This document shows, piece by piece, positions 1 to 13,829 of a stretch of 64,000 nucleotides of DNA. The DNA is from Owenia fusiformis (lineage: Eukaryota), in the NCBI GenBank assembly GCA_903813345.2, contig CAIIXF020000001.1, positions 26,722,001 through 26,786,000 of the forward strand, in the 5' to 3' direction. Every line of letters starts with the position of its first letter. The first letter of the stretch is position 1. The position numbers were made by a program, and so were the translations under genes. Below the pieces are notes generated by a model. That model did no database searches, was not told the DNA's origin, and was given only the letters and a program-made list of their open reading frames with translations.

Positions 1-3000
1 AAGGTTCAGAGGTGAGTGTGTCGTCATACCTTATATACAACAGTACACAATTAATGTTAATTATCAGAACCTTGTACAAGTGTTTTCAAATACATTTACT
101 TGCTGATTATCTTATCAACAATTCACATAGTATGATTCATCTCAGATCTAGAATTTTCAGATTTGTAAAATGTAGAAACATTTCATGGGAGTAGGTAAAT
201 ATTTCATGATATTCATATTTCTTTTAAGAAGCATATTACAACCAGTTGTTCACTGACCTAGTTCAACAGATCCTGCCCACTTGTCCACCATCTTGTCTAT
301 GCGCACCTCAAATAGTTCCCCAGGCTTCAGAGGTCTGTTTGTCATCACAACTCCATTGTTAAACTCATCTTTTGCGCTGAAACATGACATCACGCATAAA
401 ATACCAGAAAAATGAAAAAATGACAGGGTAGAGATGCCATTAGTACAAAAAGCACAATGAACATCCAACTTGATATGAACAATAATATTCTTTACAGTAT
501 TTTGTTATCTCTAATTATGTGGCACATGATAAATACATACAACAATCAGATTACAGACATTACATTAAGACATGCAGTATAAGTTATTACTTAGTGAAAA
601 AATCTCATATATAAATAATGCCTACTTTGGCCTTGATGCTGTTCTCTGACCATTGATGACAACAGCATGGGTGCCACACTTAGAGTGGAACTGTAACTTC
701 TCTGTCTCAACACTCTCAGCACTGCAGTCATCTATAACAAAAAAGACATAGAAATAATATAGAAGACAAAGAAACAGCAAGGAAGACATAAGAACAACAA
801 AGAAGACATAGAAACAACAAAGAAGACATAAGAACAACAAAGAGGACATAAGAACAACAAAAAAGACATAGAAACAACAAAGAAGACATAAGAATAACAA
901 AGAAGACATAGAAACAACAAAGAAGACATAAGAACAACAAAGAAGACATAAAAACAACAAAGAGGACATAAGAACAACAAAGAAGACAAAGTAACAACAG
1001 AGAGGACATAAGAACAACAAAGAAGACATAGAAACAACAAAGAAGACATAAGAACAACAAAGAAGACATAAAAACAACAAAGAGGACATAAGAACAAGAA
1101 AGAAGACATAGAAACATCAAAGACATAGAAACAGCAAGGAAGACATTAGAACAACAAAGAAGACATAGAAACAACAAAGAGGACATAAGAACAACAAAGA
1201 AAACATAGAAACAACAAAGACATAGAAACAGCAAGGAAGACATAAGAACAACAAAGAAGACATAGAAATAATATAGAAGAAATAGAAACAGCAAGGAAGA
1301 CATAAGAACAACAAAGAAGACATAGAAACAACAAAGACATAGAAACAGCAAGGAAGACATAAGAACAACAAAGACACAGAAACAACAAAGACATAGAAAC
1401 AGCAATAAGACAGAGGAACAACAACAAAAGACATAGAAACAACAAAGACATAGAAACATCAATAAGACAGAGGAACAACAACAAAAGACATAGAAACAAT
1501 GGAGACATACGAGATGTAGATGTTTTTAACTCACTTTCTTCTTCAAGCTCTCTAAAGTCCTGCATTTGCCTCAAGAGATTGTTCACCCGCCTGTCCAACC
1601 TTTCTGGGACACTCAATGGAGGTACCCTGCAAATAATTTCCTCTTATATCATATAAATGTGCTATTTATATTTGCTCTATGACATGTTACTTTATTATTA
1701 TATGCACAACATAGGACCTTGATTCTAGAAGCACATGTGTTACTTTAAAGTAAAAATGTCAAAATAGGTTATTGCTAACCTTTAGCAATAAAATTTAGAA
1801 AAAATATCTTTCAAATGGTTAAAACAATTAATATATTTTCAACTGGATGTATGATTCTGGTTCATTTAGAGACATAAAATTATGATAGAAATAATTTCAA
1901 ATTAGTTTTTAAATGAAAGTTTGAAAAAGGGCTTGAGCCAAGGGCCGGTCCACTGGTCATTTGCCAGGTTACTTTTATGCTATGGACCAGTTCATTTTTT
2001 CAGAAGTAATAGGAAAATAACATGACGACTAGTCCATAATGCAATTTTGACCAGCTGCTCTCAGAACCTTAGCTCAACCACTGGTTGGAAACTTTATGAC
2101 AAGTACATACATACCTTGCATCATTCCTATTCAGAATAGTGACTTTAACTGCCATTCCATAAAGATCTATTACTCCCCAAACAAGTTGTGGTGTACGCGT
2201 TGCTGCAACTCCTTGGTCAACCCCATTGATGAAGAAATGAAGTGCTCCGCTACTTTTTCGAATCATTCCAATCCTGTCTCCTTCCTAAAAATATTAAAAA
2301 TATCACAACCGTATTGATCAATCAAGTTTGTCTTACAAATAAAAATGCCAATCACATATATATTTAGTGCTTTTTTACAAATATTAAGCTTTTATAAGAG
2401 TATCCAGGGTATATGGATTCAAAATCTTTTTGAATTTTTGCTAGAAAATGCCTGCATTTGCTTAATTTTTATCACAATTTAAGTGTAGTGTAACTCATGG
2501 AAAATAACCTTGACAAAATATTGATATGTATGCAACTTTTTAATTCAGTGACACGGACTTACACTTAGTTCATCCAAGTTGAACTGTCCATACTCCCTCC
2601 TGGTCCCCTTGCCATTGGTCAATATACCACAACCACTCATCATAATAGTACCAATAGAAGAACCTAAACATTAATGCATGCATATATATTATGCACAAAT
2701 AGCATAATAGATACACTTTGTTTTTTTTCATGTTAGTCTGGCGACCAAAAAATGCCAACATAATCTCCAAAATACCAAAGTTTAAAAAAGGAACATTTTG
2801 TAGAATATATGGATCCTTGTATAAAAATGCAGGACAATATGCATACTACATAATTAACTTGTGGGCCGGGCCACCTAACATCATCCACAAAAAACAGCTG
2901 AGGCAAATTAATTATAAAAAGATGATAACTTTTAGTTTTAGTCTACCTCAGAGCCAATGGTAGGCTCCCATAATGGTATCATGATACTTGCAAATAAAAA

Positions 3001-6000
3001 GTTAGTCCAGTCTGCCTACTTTGATTTTGACACAAATAATTTTAAGACCTTCTACTTACCAGACCTCATGTTGGTCATTGTTGCAGGAAAATCCAGATTC
3101 GATGGATTGTGTGTTGTGATCCCAACTTCTATTGAACCAGACCACTTATCGACAAGTCTATCTAAGCGAATCTGAAATCATAATGTTAAATCAATAATAA
3201 CATTTTATCACCACCCGCTATGGCTCAGTGGCAGAGTCAAGGTTACCAATATCGCTCGGCCCCTGGTTTGATTCCCGGTTCAGACAAGTTTGTTTGTGCG
3301 TTATGTAATTCTGGGTGTTTGATTGAGTTGTTCACGACTCGTATAAAAGGCTGTGGTGTGTACCTGTATGTCTGTGTACATGTGCACACAAAAGAACACA
3401 GGGCTCCTCCAAGGAGGGGTTTCTGGCTCTGTCTTCGAGTTTAAAATACGTAAAATACGGAGTATACCAATGAGGTATTGCTCACCAAATATGGCGGTAA
3501 CCAAGATATAATAATAATAATAACATCAATCCTTAACATTTTATCATATCGAAATGTACAGATGTAACATTTTATTACATAAAAACAACATTTTATCACA
3601 TCAAAACTGAACATCATATCACAGCAAATCTTAACATTTTATCACATCAAACCTTAACATTTTATTGCATCAAAACTACATTTTGTGACATAAAACTTAA
3701 CATTTTATCACATCAAAACTGAACATTTTAAAACATCAAAACTGAACATTTTATCACATCAAAACTTTTTATTTTATCACATCAAAACATAACATTTTAT
3801 CCCATCAAAACCTCTCATTTTATCACATCAAAACTGAACATTTTATAACATCATTTTATGACATCATTTTACATCAGAATACATTGAGCTTAATTGCTTT
3901 TTAAAGAATACCCATTGAGTATTTACCTCAAATATTTCATCATCTCTGATTGGTCTATTGGTCATTACAACTCCATTGTTGAACTCATCAAGAGGTCGTC
4001 TCCTCTCGGCTGTTCTACGATTATTAGAGAGTTTAACTAGACTACCCACTCGTTCATGGAACACAAGGGTCTCATTAGAATGGATGTAGCTAGCCTCAGC
4101 GATTGCCTCATTTGTAATTTCATTGGATATGACTGTAACAGAAATAATTCAAAATAATGATTCTCGTCAGCAAAGACTAGGATATAAGTTTACTTATGTA
4201 CCAAAGTTGGATATGATCACAAGGATTTAAAAACTGATTTTGCATCAAAGAATATGGTCAAACATGAATTATCCTTATCGTCAAATATTTAATCACTACA
4301 TACATGTATTTATGTTTTTAGGGTGAATTTATAGGGTGATACATTATTGGTTGATTCATTATTCGTTTATCTATGCCTTAATCCCCACCTAAAATGTTAC
4401 CACTTCCAACATCAAAACTAATCCCTTCCAGAACTTACTTATATCTCTTGTGCTATCATCTACTATGGTAACCTGGGCACACTTGCCATACATATCTATC
4501 ACTGCATAGACCTTGGAGGGGATGTTGGCTGCAGCCTGGCCTTGATCTCTACCATTTACATAGAAATGAAGTGAACCTTAAAATAAAAATAAAATTTCCT
4601 TTCTTAATCTGAAATATTCTGAGTTCTGTTTGAACCTATCTTTGTAAATGCTCCAAATTTGTATTGTGTGTATGTGTCCTACATACAAGATAAAAATAGC
4701 ATACATTGATCATATAGTACAAAAATTATGTATATTCTATAAACAGAACAAGCGCTATACTAAAAATTTGTATGCTTATCAGCTTCTAATGCAGAACCTT
4801 ACCCAAAAGATTTCAAATGTTCAAGTCAAAACCGTTGGGTAGATTGACCAAAAGGATCAGTACTGATATTACAGTAGCCTATTACCTTCGATAATCTTTT
4901 TTCTTTATAGGATTACATGGGGAACCAAACAGCAACTAAAATAAATAATTTATTGGATGAAATGCATATATACCTTGATTATTTCTCATTACTCCAATTT
5001 TATCTCCTTCATTAAGTTGATCCAGATCTTTGCCATACTCCTCTACAACAGTGTGTCCATCCTTTAGTATATTACTGCCAGACATAACCCATGTCCCCTC
5101 CCTAAAGCCAGTAGCACTTGTTGGTAGTGCTGTGTTCTCAGGATCTGCAGTTGTTACTCCAATCTCTATTGAGCCACTCCATGAATTAACCTTAAAAAAT
5201 AATAAATTCATCCAAGTATTAAGTGGATCATGGGTAAAGTAAGTATTTGCCAATCATGGAGTTGGTCGATTAGTTGTAATTGTTTGGAGTAGAATTGGAT
5301 GTATTTTTGCACCATTCAAAAGTTTGCTCATGCCCCCCCCCCCACCCCATGCGGGGAGTGGGGAATTTGATTTGCAATATTGTGATCCATGATCATGCAG
5401 CATATTGGAGGAAGGTCTGGTAGAAAGAATGATAAATTTGTGTTCTACAAAATACAAATTAGGCACTGAAGGCTAGGCGATGGGCATGAAGTGAAGTGAG
5501 GTCTTTGTCAATCCATTTCAATTACATCAGGGAAGTATTATTCTGTCACTCCTTGTTCTAATTTCTAAACTATATATTCTTTTAAGATTTTAGTGACCTG
5601 TCTCCTGTGGTTCTATGAATAGTCTTATTTCATTATTAGCTGAATTTTCTTGGAGCCATATTTTGAACTTTCATTACATGCAATCATGCATTGCAAATTC
5701 TGGATCGATTGAGATCAATTTTCCTCAATAATACCATGATAATATGCAGCAAATACTCGACAATGACAATACTACATTTCTGAAATGCATTTTTGTATTA
5801 GCCATTTGCATCTGAAAAAAAGCTTTTGGCGAAACTAAATTGTTATCGAATAAATTGATTATGTATTCCCAAGGATATTAAATAGATTTACTGGGAGAAT
5901 TGTTGGATTTACACTCGAGCCCTAAGACGTCTTGGGTGAAACGTTTTAATGTTAAAACAAATTTTAAATATAATGTAAATCCAGATTTACATCTGGAACG

Positions 6001-9000
6001 AAAAAATTGAAACTTTCTGTTAAAATGTGTGACATGGTCCTTTCTTTTGTCTAAACCATTGTTCCCAATATCATCCCAAAAATATCGAGAAGAAGAACCA
6101 TTGTCATCTTAGCCTGGCCTCCTTCTACATTCCTAATATATGCACCAAATCGTGCTGCTCTCCTTCGTGTTTTAACACTGCTCTCTTCAGGACATATATT
6201 TGCGAACACGATACATCCTTTAGCAAATAATATTTAAGTAGGAACGTAATAGCCACGTTGACTGAACCATCCTTCAACCAGTACTGAACTGATATTTTCA
6301 TATTACATGTATACCTACCTATCTCCAAGACATCTTAGGAAAACAGGTGTAAAGTCATGAAAGCTAATCATATTTCGTAAAACATCTTGAAAATGCTTCA
6401 TGTAAACTCAACTTAATTTTTCTAAAACGTTTTAGCTAAGATATCTTAGAATGCCGCGTGTAGTGTAAATTGGGCTAATAACACGCAACTCGTTTAGTGA
6501 CCTTGTCAACAGCGTTTCGCCCAGTGTTATCAACTACAGTTTATTTAATGACATGATTTGATTTGCCATTTCTATGTTACCGCTCTCTGAACCAAAAGTT
6601 TCCAAAGCTCTCTCCAAAACATTCTAAATACATGAATACAATACATGATCGAGGACACAGAGAGATAAGGGATGATGAGTTTTATCACTGATTTTTATTC
6701 ATAAGGTATGTATGCTTGCTTGCATCTCACTATTTTAGAAATGATTTTACAAAATCAGGAAATAATTACATGCTCATGAAAGCTCCTGCTCGATTTAAAT
6801 TCCTCGCATCGTTTGCGAAATATGGTCAAAGGTTAAAACTAGTTGGGCCACAAGATATGCTAGATAAGAAATAGGCTAAGGACTAGATCTCTAGACATCT
6901 GTAGACTAAAATTAAAGTACCACTGCACCTTAAATTATCAACATGTATGAAGACAATCATATTTTTAAGTTATTTCTTAAAACAATTTCATACATGAAAA
7001 GTACAAAATAAGATTTTTCTTTTTCCAATTTTGAAAATCCAAGCAATAGGATCTACTTATGTATGAAATATGGGAAGTTGCATACCCTTCTGTTGAAAGC
7101 CCACGTAAATTAAGGTTCAGAAAATGTTATTTTCTGGTACAAAATAAAGCATGAAGGCATGCGTTAATTTCCTTGCTTTTTTCAGGTAAGTATTATTGCA
7201 ATGTCTTGTTTTAGAATATCTGGTAAGAGTTCAATGGGAACTCAAGGAAATTCTGATATTTCACACTTTCTAAATTTTCTAAAGTTTCCAGACAACACAG
7301 GAGCTACCAATAACCTGTTTCCAGGTTTACTAAAAGAAGACAATGTAATGATACTTTCCTGAAAAAATCAATGAAATATATACATGCCTTCACAGGGCCG
7401 TCAGATGGGGGGGTGCGATGGGTGCGACCGCACCCCCCTTTGTCACCCCCAAAATAAATTTGAAAAAAAAATTTGAAAAAAAATTATTTTTTTAAATTTT
7501 TTTTTTTTTTTTTTTTCATTGACTCATACACATTGAAAGTACCCAGAAAGCACCAAATATCATCTTAAAATTGTAAAATTTTCTAGGGGTATTGGCCACC
7601 CCTCACACCCCCCACAAAACAATGGAAAAGTTCTAAATTTATTTTAGTGTTTTGTCTCAGACACTTTTAAAGTGCCCAGACATCATCAAATAGCTCCTTG
7701 ATATAGTTAGTGTTTCTGGGGGACTTGCTCCCCCTCTTGCACTTGCATAGACCCCCCTCTGGCGCCCCCCCCCCCCCCTTGACCCCCCCAAAAAAAAAAT
7801 TTGTGATTTTCTCAAATTCTTTAATTGACTCATTCACTTTGAAAGTGCCCAGAGAGCACCAAATAGCGTTGTAAAATTATAAAATTTTCTAGGGGAGTGG
7901 GCCACCCCTCACACCCCAAACAAAACAATGGAAAAGTTCTGAATTTGTTTGATGTATTGTCTCAGACACTTTTAAATTGCCCAGACATCATCAAATAGCT
8001 CCTTGATAAAGTTAATGATTCTGGAAGACTAACACTTACTCGCCCTCTGGCATCCCCACTCCACCTCCCCCTCTGGCAGCCACTTAAAGAAACTTTAAGA
8101 ACATCAAACATCCCTTAACACCCCCCCCCCAAAAAAAAAAAATTTAATTCTGGGGGACAACCTTTGCTCCCCTACGGGCACCACACCCCACTTCACCCTC
8201 TCATTGACTATGACACCCCCAAAAGAATTTGAAAAAATACACATTTTTCTTATTGGCTCATAACGCACAGGCGTACCAGATGGTTGCAAATTCGCTCCAA
8301 ATACAACCAAATTTCAAAATTTTCCTGGGGTAGAACCCCCAGACCCCCCTGAATGCTCGGTTTTTTATTCACTCAACTCTTATTCCCATGGTGGTGGCGT
8401 ACTCATGGAAACTTACACTTTGAAAGTGCCCAGAAAGCACCAAATAGCATCTCAAAACTGTAAAATTTTCTAGGGGGAGTGGACCACTCCTCACACCCCC
8501 CCACAAAACAATTGGAACGTTTGGAAGTTGCATTTGTTAATTCCAAACCAATATAGGGAGTAACTGAGCCCCCCCCCCCCCCCCCTCTGACTTACGCGAT
8601 TTGATTTACGCGGCAAAAAATTGACAATTTTATATTCTCTTTAGTAAGCTAAAAACCGCACCCCCCTTGGAGAAAAGTGTCTTACGGGCCTGCTTCATAC
8701 TTAATTTTGTACCAGAAAATAACCTGTGCAGGTAGGGATAGCAATTTTTTACCAAAATGTTACTTTCCAGCTGAACCTAATGAGGATAGGTGCTTGCGTT
8801 TCCTGTGCTAGCTGAAAGCCCATGGGTTAATGCATTATTAAGCTGTATGAAAATGTCGATACGATACGACTTAGCTTGAATATTCGGCCGTGCAATATAA
8901 AAAATTATTTTATTTTGGTTTGCCCTCAAAAAATCAAAAAAATCATTGACATTTGAAAACTCGTCTGTCAATATATGCCAGATATCTTACTTTTCTATCG

Positions 9001-9152
9001 ATTTTGACTTCAAAAAGCTGGTTATCTCGCAAGGCTTCTGCACTGAGAACAACCCCATTATTGAATTCTTGCGATGGATGACTTCTTTGAGCTGTTTTTC
9101 TATCATTATTCAGGGTAACTAGCTGACCAACTTTCGGATGAAATTGGGCCAT
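1..9152 (-). CDS. NEURL4: Neuralized-like protein 4 (tandem NHR/NEUZ domains), 5' part; continues beyond the window
   Basis: Exons joined in frame at GT-AG sites: 9152-8991, 5190-4974, 4576-4439, 4132-3927, 3171-3060, 2663-2563, 2284-2115, 1626-1511, 731-626, 376-258, 29-1. Translation gives three consecutive NHR repeats ([71 protein letters not shown]..; [28 protein letters not shown]). Confidence 0.93.
732..1510. repeat. 20-bp minisatellite (AGAAGACATA(AG/GA)AACAACAA) filling a whole NEURL4 intron
   Basis: Unit aligns with a 20-nt period at 781-1110, with alternating variants and shorter 17-nt units further right; bounded by the donor (1509-1510) and acceptor (732-733). Confidence 0.95.
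3213..3523 (+). mobile_element. tRNA-derived SINE
   Basis: A-box TGGCTCAGTGG (3221-3231), B-box-like GGTTTGATTCC (3265-3275), ~300-bp body, (TAA)n tail. Confidence 0.8.
3524..3870. repeat. Degenerate ~22-23-bp minisatellite (AACATTTTATCACATCAAAACTG)
   Basis: Motif repeated in tandem more than 10 times in NEURL4 intron 4. Confidence 0.9.
7114..8777. mobile_element. PIF/Harbinger-type MITE carrying a nested insertion
   Basis: TAA|GGTTCAG...CTGAACC|TAA ends; inverted subterminal similarity (ttattttctggtacaaaat / attttgtaccagaaaataa). Confidence 0.6.
7393..8692. mobile_element. Non-autonomous hAT-type element with 5-bp TSD and internal ~300-bp tandem units
   Basis: Ends CAGGGCCGTCAGA / TCTTACGGGCCTG (11 of 13 inverted match); CTTCA duplicated on both sides; internal repeats near 7520, 7825 and 8415; G/C homopolymer-rich subtermini. 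Confidence 0.75.
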
Positions 9153-10756
9153 TCTGCATCTCGCGAAATACCGAATGAGACGAGAGTACACTAGACGAAA
9201 AAAACTGTTTGCTACAATTTGCCCGGTAATAATAAACATTTATTATTAGGCCTATGTCGCTTTTATTCCCATAATAAAATGGATTAAACATGTAAACATA
9301 AATCAATCAAACAATACAACAATAACCAAAACATATATAACATTTATACACGTAATAAACAAAGAACAAAATATAACAAAACAAATAATTATAAAAGTTT
9401 ACAAATGCTGGTGGCGCTTATTTATTTCAGAGGAGGAGGTGAGACGAGGCAGCATAAGAACCATCTTTCTTTTCTAAGACTTTTTGCTGGTAATTAAAAA
9501 GTGTTTAAATGTAAAAATTAAAAAAAAGTTTCACAGGTTAAGAGGTTGCAGCATGCCATGGGCCTATAGGCTAGGTACATGCAGTCGTCAACACCTGAAT
9601 ACTGAATCGCGCAATTACGGCACAGTCATGGGTCAAAAATCCCCTCCCCCTTGGCAGATGTTCTATCTTGGATTACTTTCATTGCAAGAAGGGCCACTTT
9701 GGGGGGGGGGGGGGGGGTCGCCATTTGAATCTGGCACATAAAAAAGGCAAAATAAATCAATGACAAGAGAGGTTGACGAATGATGATACTCTCTCGGGAT
9801 ATTTATCAAGCAATCTAAATTTTAGAAAAACTATAAGCTGGGTGACCCTTCTTGCTCCACGGCCTTTTCTTCCCTTCTTACCCCGCTCTCCCCTACAGGT
9901 GTCATAATGTTAACAGATCAAAAGACCTTGAGCTGGAACAAACAATTTTAAACAAACATTTATAAAACAACATCTCAAGTTTCAATACATACACATTACT
10001 TGTATATTTAGTTATTTCCCTATTAATAAAAATCTGGATGAATAGGAACTATTGATATTTTCATTCAATGCGCGGAGCAAGTCCTTGAAGAAACTCCGTT
10101 TCTATTTGTCATAGGATTCTAAAATTGTTTGACTTGCGCTCTATGGTCCCATTGTAAACTCCAAGACTATAATACAGTTGCTATATGAATGATCGATTGA
10201 ATAAGCAAAGTCAATTAAATTGGATCATAATCTTATTGGATCAACTGGACTTCTGGAGTTAACGTATTGGTTTTATTAAGCTACGAAATACATGAAAAAC
10301 CAGATTTGAGAGACATTAACTGATCGATTAATGCAAACACGGATATGACAAGTAATGTTCAGAGTTATGAAAGATAAGTTTGTTCTAAGTGTGTAACGAT
10401 CATAAGGCTGTCGCCAAGAGTGCTGAAAACACTCAAAACTTTATCAAGAATTAGTGATAACGTCATCTCAATATACATGTTATGATATGGATACTCAGTA
10501 ATAAACACGACATTGACATTCGAATCGTAGATACTTTGGATTGACAATGCAACGGAGATGGACCTATCGTAATTAAATACTTCAGTGCGATATACCCTGA
10601 ATCGGAGACATATAAAACTGTCAGTTTATATGTCCCTGCCTGAACAAAGTAAGGAAACTTAAAATCAGCCTACACAAGAGAGAGAGGGAACAATTAAAGA
10701 GTAGATAGGACACAAAACGTTTTTGACATAAAGAGTGGCTTATGCTATGTTAAAAG

Positions 10757-12184
10757 ATGCCTCGGAGACAAGACCCAAGAGTTAAGAGTATTCCAAAGTG
10801 CGTCCAGGCGCTTTCCATTACAGACGCCATCTCTAAAGGATACTTCCAACAAGTCAGATTCCTCATCGAGTATGGAGCGAATGTCAACGAGCGAGACATG
10901 GATGGGAGAACGCCTCTTATGCTCTGTGCACTTGTTGACAATGAGGAATGGGGAGTTGGCATTGCTAGAACACTATTAGAGAAAGGTGCCTATGTTGGAT
11001 ATAGAGATAAAATGGGTCTGAATGCGATGCATTATGCCTGTATATATGAAAGAGCAATCCTTGTTGATACGTTCTTTAATGCAATAGACTTTGATCTGAA
11101 TCAGGGCGATCGCAAGGGTAACACCGCCTTGTTCTATGCAGTTACCGCCAACAATGAAACAGTTGTGGAGAATATTGTTAAAACATTGTGCAGGTACAAA
11201 ATGACACTGGACAAAAAGAACAACCAAGGCATAACGCCTCTAATACAAGCCTGGAAATCGGGGCACGTAGTTTGTGCAGGTTTGCTCCTACAAAATGGCG
11301 CAGATGAGACTATCAAAGATGGCCTCGAAAACAAATCTGCCAGAGAGTGGGAAATGGAATTTACGTCTAAACAAAGTCGGCGGCAGAGCTCTGCCTCAAC
11401 ATCCACATCAGGCTCACGAGCAATGCTGAAACGCCCATCGTCTGCCCCGTCTCTCTTGCGTCGTTCTAGACCCAAATCAGCCTCCGCTCGCATCGTCTTC
11501 AGACGTGGATTGTATAAGGAAATCGCGGATGAAACTAGTAACCCCACGCCAACTAAGAATAAGGATGCTATCATACGTAGCGCGAGCCTTTCTGACCTTA
11601 AAAACAATCCAGAGTATCTGTTCAATACAAACCCAGTTGAGTGTTTTTCAAATCCCATATCAACGGGATATCCAAGGATAGGCACAGCTCGAGAGCGAAT
11701 AAGACTTATGAAAATAAATTCAGCTCCAGATAAAATTAATGTTACTTGGAAGAAAGAGATGAAAATACTTTATAACGAATTCGAATTTCAAATCACTCCT
11801 TCTTATCGCGGAGCTGCTAAACCACCCCCTCCACCACCCGAAGACGATGAGCTCTTAGATGCAGAAGAAAATGGAGAGAAGAAACCTGGTAGAAAGATAT
11901 CCGATGGCAAGCCACCGATCCATCCACACGCTGAGCTGAAACGACGCCAATCCGAGATGAGAATGACTGGGAATTCTCGTCTGTCTCGTCGAAACTCTGT
12001 GTTAAGCAATCAACCCCTCTCCGTTGGCAATAAAAGAAATACATTGACCCATATGGGAAGTTCAGAGAGTATTAACGCTAACGGTGGTAAAAATATACTG
12101 CGAAAGAAAAACAACAAGACAGACGTTGAAGAAGGTTCAGACCACGGCAGTCGACCCGTCAGTAGAACCGGGTTTGCAATGTAA
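10757..12184 (+). CDS. Single-exon ankyrin-repeat protein, ANKRD63/ANKRD34-like (475 aa)
   Basis: Uninterrupted ORF; about five N-terminal ankyrin repeats (GRTPLMLC, GLNAMHYAC, GNTALFYAV, GITPLIQA) then a Ser/Arg/Pro-rich disordered tail; AATAAA near 12200. Confidence 0.88.
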   Translation: MPRRQDPRVKSIPKCVQALSITDAISKGYFQQVRFLIEYGANVNERDMDGRTPLMLCALVDNEEWGVGIARTLLEKGAYVGYRDKMGLNAMHYACIYERAILVDTFFNAIDFDLNQGDRKGNTALFYAVTANNETVVENIVKTLCRYKMTLDKKNNQGITPLIQAWKSGHVVCAGLLLQNGADETIKDGLENKSAREWEMEFTSKQSRRQSSASTSTSGSRAMLKRPSSAPSLLRRSRPKSASARIVFRRGLYKEIADETSNPTPTKNKDAIIRSASLSDLKNNPEYLFNTNPVECFSNPISTGYPRIGTARERIRLMKINSAPDKINVTWKKEMKILYNEFEFQITPSYRGAAKPPPPPPEDDELLDAEENGEKKPGRKISDGKPPIHPHAELKRRQSEMRMTGNSRLSRRNSVLSNQPLSVGNKRNTLTHMGSSESINANGGKNILRKKNNKTDVEEGSDHGSRPVSRTGFAM

Positions 12185-13829
12185 TATACCTTAATGCCAA
12201 ATAAAAGTATTATATTCAAAAATATGTCAACTTATAATTATGGGGCTTTTGCTCTAAAATAGGAAAAAATGGTGGTACATAAGAGGGAGTTCAGTGTTTC
12301 TCATACCCTGTGCAATGCAGTGCAGAGTTATAGAGACGAAGTTCTCTTTTAAAAAGCGAAGTCGAACTGATGCAACATGAATGTTTCTCATATTGGCATG
12401 TTACCGGCAGCTCCACCACTTGTTATATTTAACAGGGTATCTCCATGACTCAATATTTCAAACGTCTTCCTGTAAATTTACAATATTGTGCCTCAACTTT
12501 ACACCCTTTCCCGACAGCTTCATAAATTAATACGGAACTTGCCATTGCCGTACACATACCTCAGTACGTAGTCTGAGACGTCGTGCATATTCTGTGGCGG
12601 TAATTTGTAGTGGAATTAGGCTGCTATACCTATTTTGTAAACATACTTTAAACTGCAGATTCAGAAATTTAGCTTTTATAAAGCCATGGCGTAGCGAGGC
12701 ATGAGACGAGCGAGCCTCGTCAAAATTTTACCTTTACCTTTTAATTAAAAACAGTCGTACCTCAACATTCCCCAAATTATCCTAACCATCAAAATCCAGT
12801 CAGCTAAAATCCGTATCCAAATAAAAAGGCCAATAAAAATGTCCAAGTATAAAAATAGATGGCATTAGTGTATACTAAATTTATTGATTTCAATAACAAC
12901 ATAATAATATACTTTTTCATCCTTCTTCGAAGGACTTAATTTATGCTTAAATTCAGGTTATATAAGCTACTTGTAAAATACCCTTGCAGCAAGGATGATA
13001 CTTTTTCGGACTGTGGTATCAGGTGAAGATCCGGGTCGTTGTTAGATTTTGTACAATATATATCACCACATCGATAATATGATGTATCTAATTTGAAGAT
13101 TCAATAAAGAAACCATATAAAACAAATTATTGAAGATCGTCCGACAATGCCCCATGTCCGAGATTACCCCTATGTCCTCCAAATAAAAATATTTTCGTTC
13201 TGAGAAAAAGAAACTGTATTGAATATCAATGTCCTTGAAATGAAACATTAATTTTTGATTGCCCTTTCTCTATGTGTGTGTGTGCGATCCAAACCATCAA
13301 AGCTTTAGTTCATTATAAAACATTATTAAAAGTTATACATATATCTGTTTACATTCACGTTACTCATAAAGTTCTGGTTGCGTGCGTCTGTCAAATAATC
13401 AGCTCGATGGATTGTTAAACAGTTTAAACTTTGAATAGAAATAAATTGAAATAAACACACAAGTTCCAAAAAAGTAAATCACCTTTAAAAAATGAACAAC
13501 TTAGTTATAAATTATTAAAATCTAGTATATTTAAATTTAAATATTTGAATCACGCTATAGTTCAAGGGCCTGAAGACCCCGGAGACCTAGGAGAGCACGA
13601 CATGCAGTAGATCAAATGTTGACATCAGATTTTGAGGCCACGAAAACTAAATATTGATACTAATCTTGGTGCTCTAAATCGGCATTGTATTGGGGTTGCA
13701 CTGGACCATGGTCAGCCCATTGGTGTATATGTATGAAACTTGAGAAAACAGGACTCGTTCTACATTAGTAAGGTTAGCTACACGTTTTAAGAAAACGTGA
13801 ACGTGCATTGGACACATAGGGATATAACT

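Noticed and set aside
622..1616. Several long Cys/Leu/Phe-rich ORFs on the - strand
   Set aside because: Read-through of the intronic 20-bp repeat, open in several frames; only 1626-1511 and 731-626 are real NEURL4 exons.
3213..3290. tRNA gene
   Set aside because: A and B boxes are present but there is no convincing cloverleaf, and it continues into a SINE body and tail.
4439..4576. Apparent frameshift in NEURL4 exon 3
   Set aside because: Recounting the C run gives an open frame ([19 protein letters not shown]).
11134..12219. Antisense ORFs within the ankyrin gene
   Set aside because: Shadow frames of a real coding sequence with no recognisable motifs.
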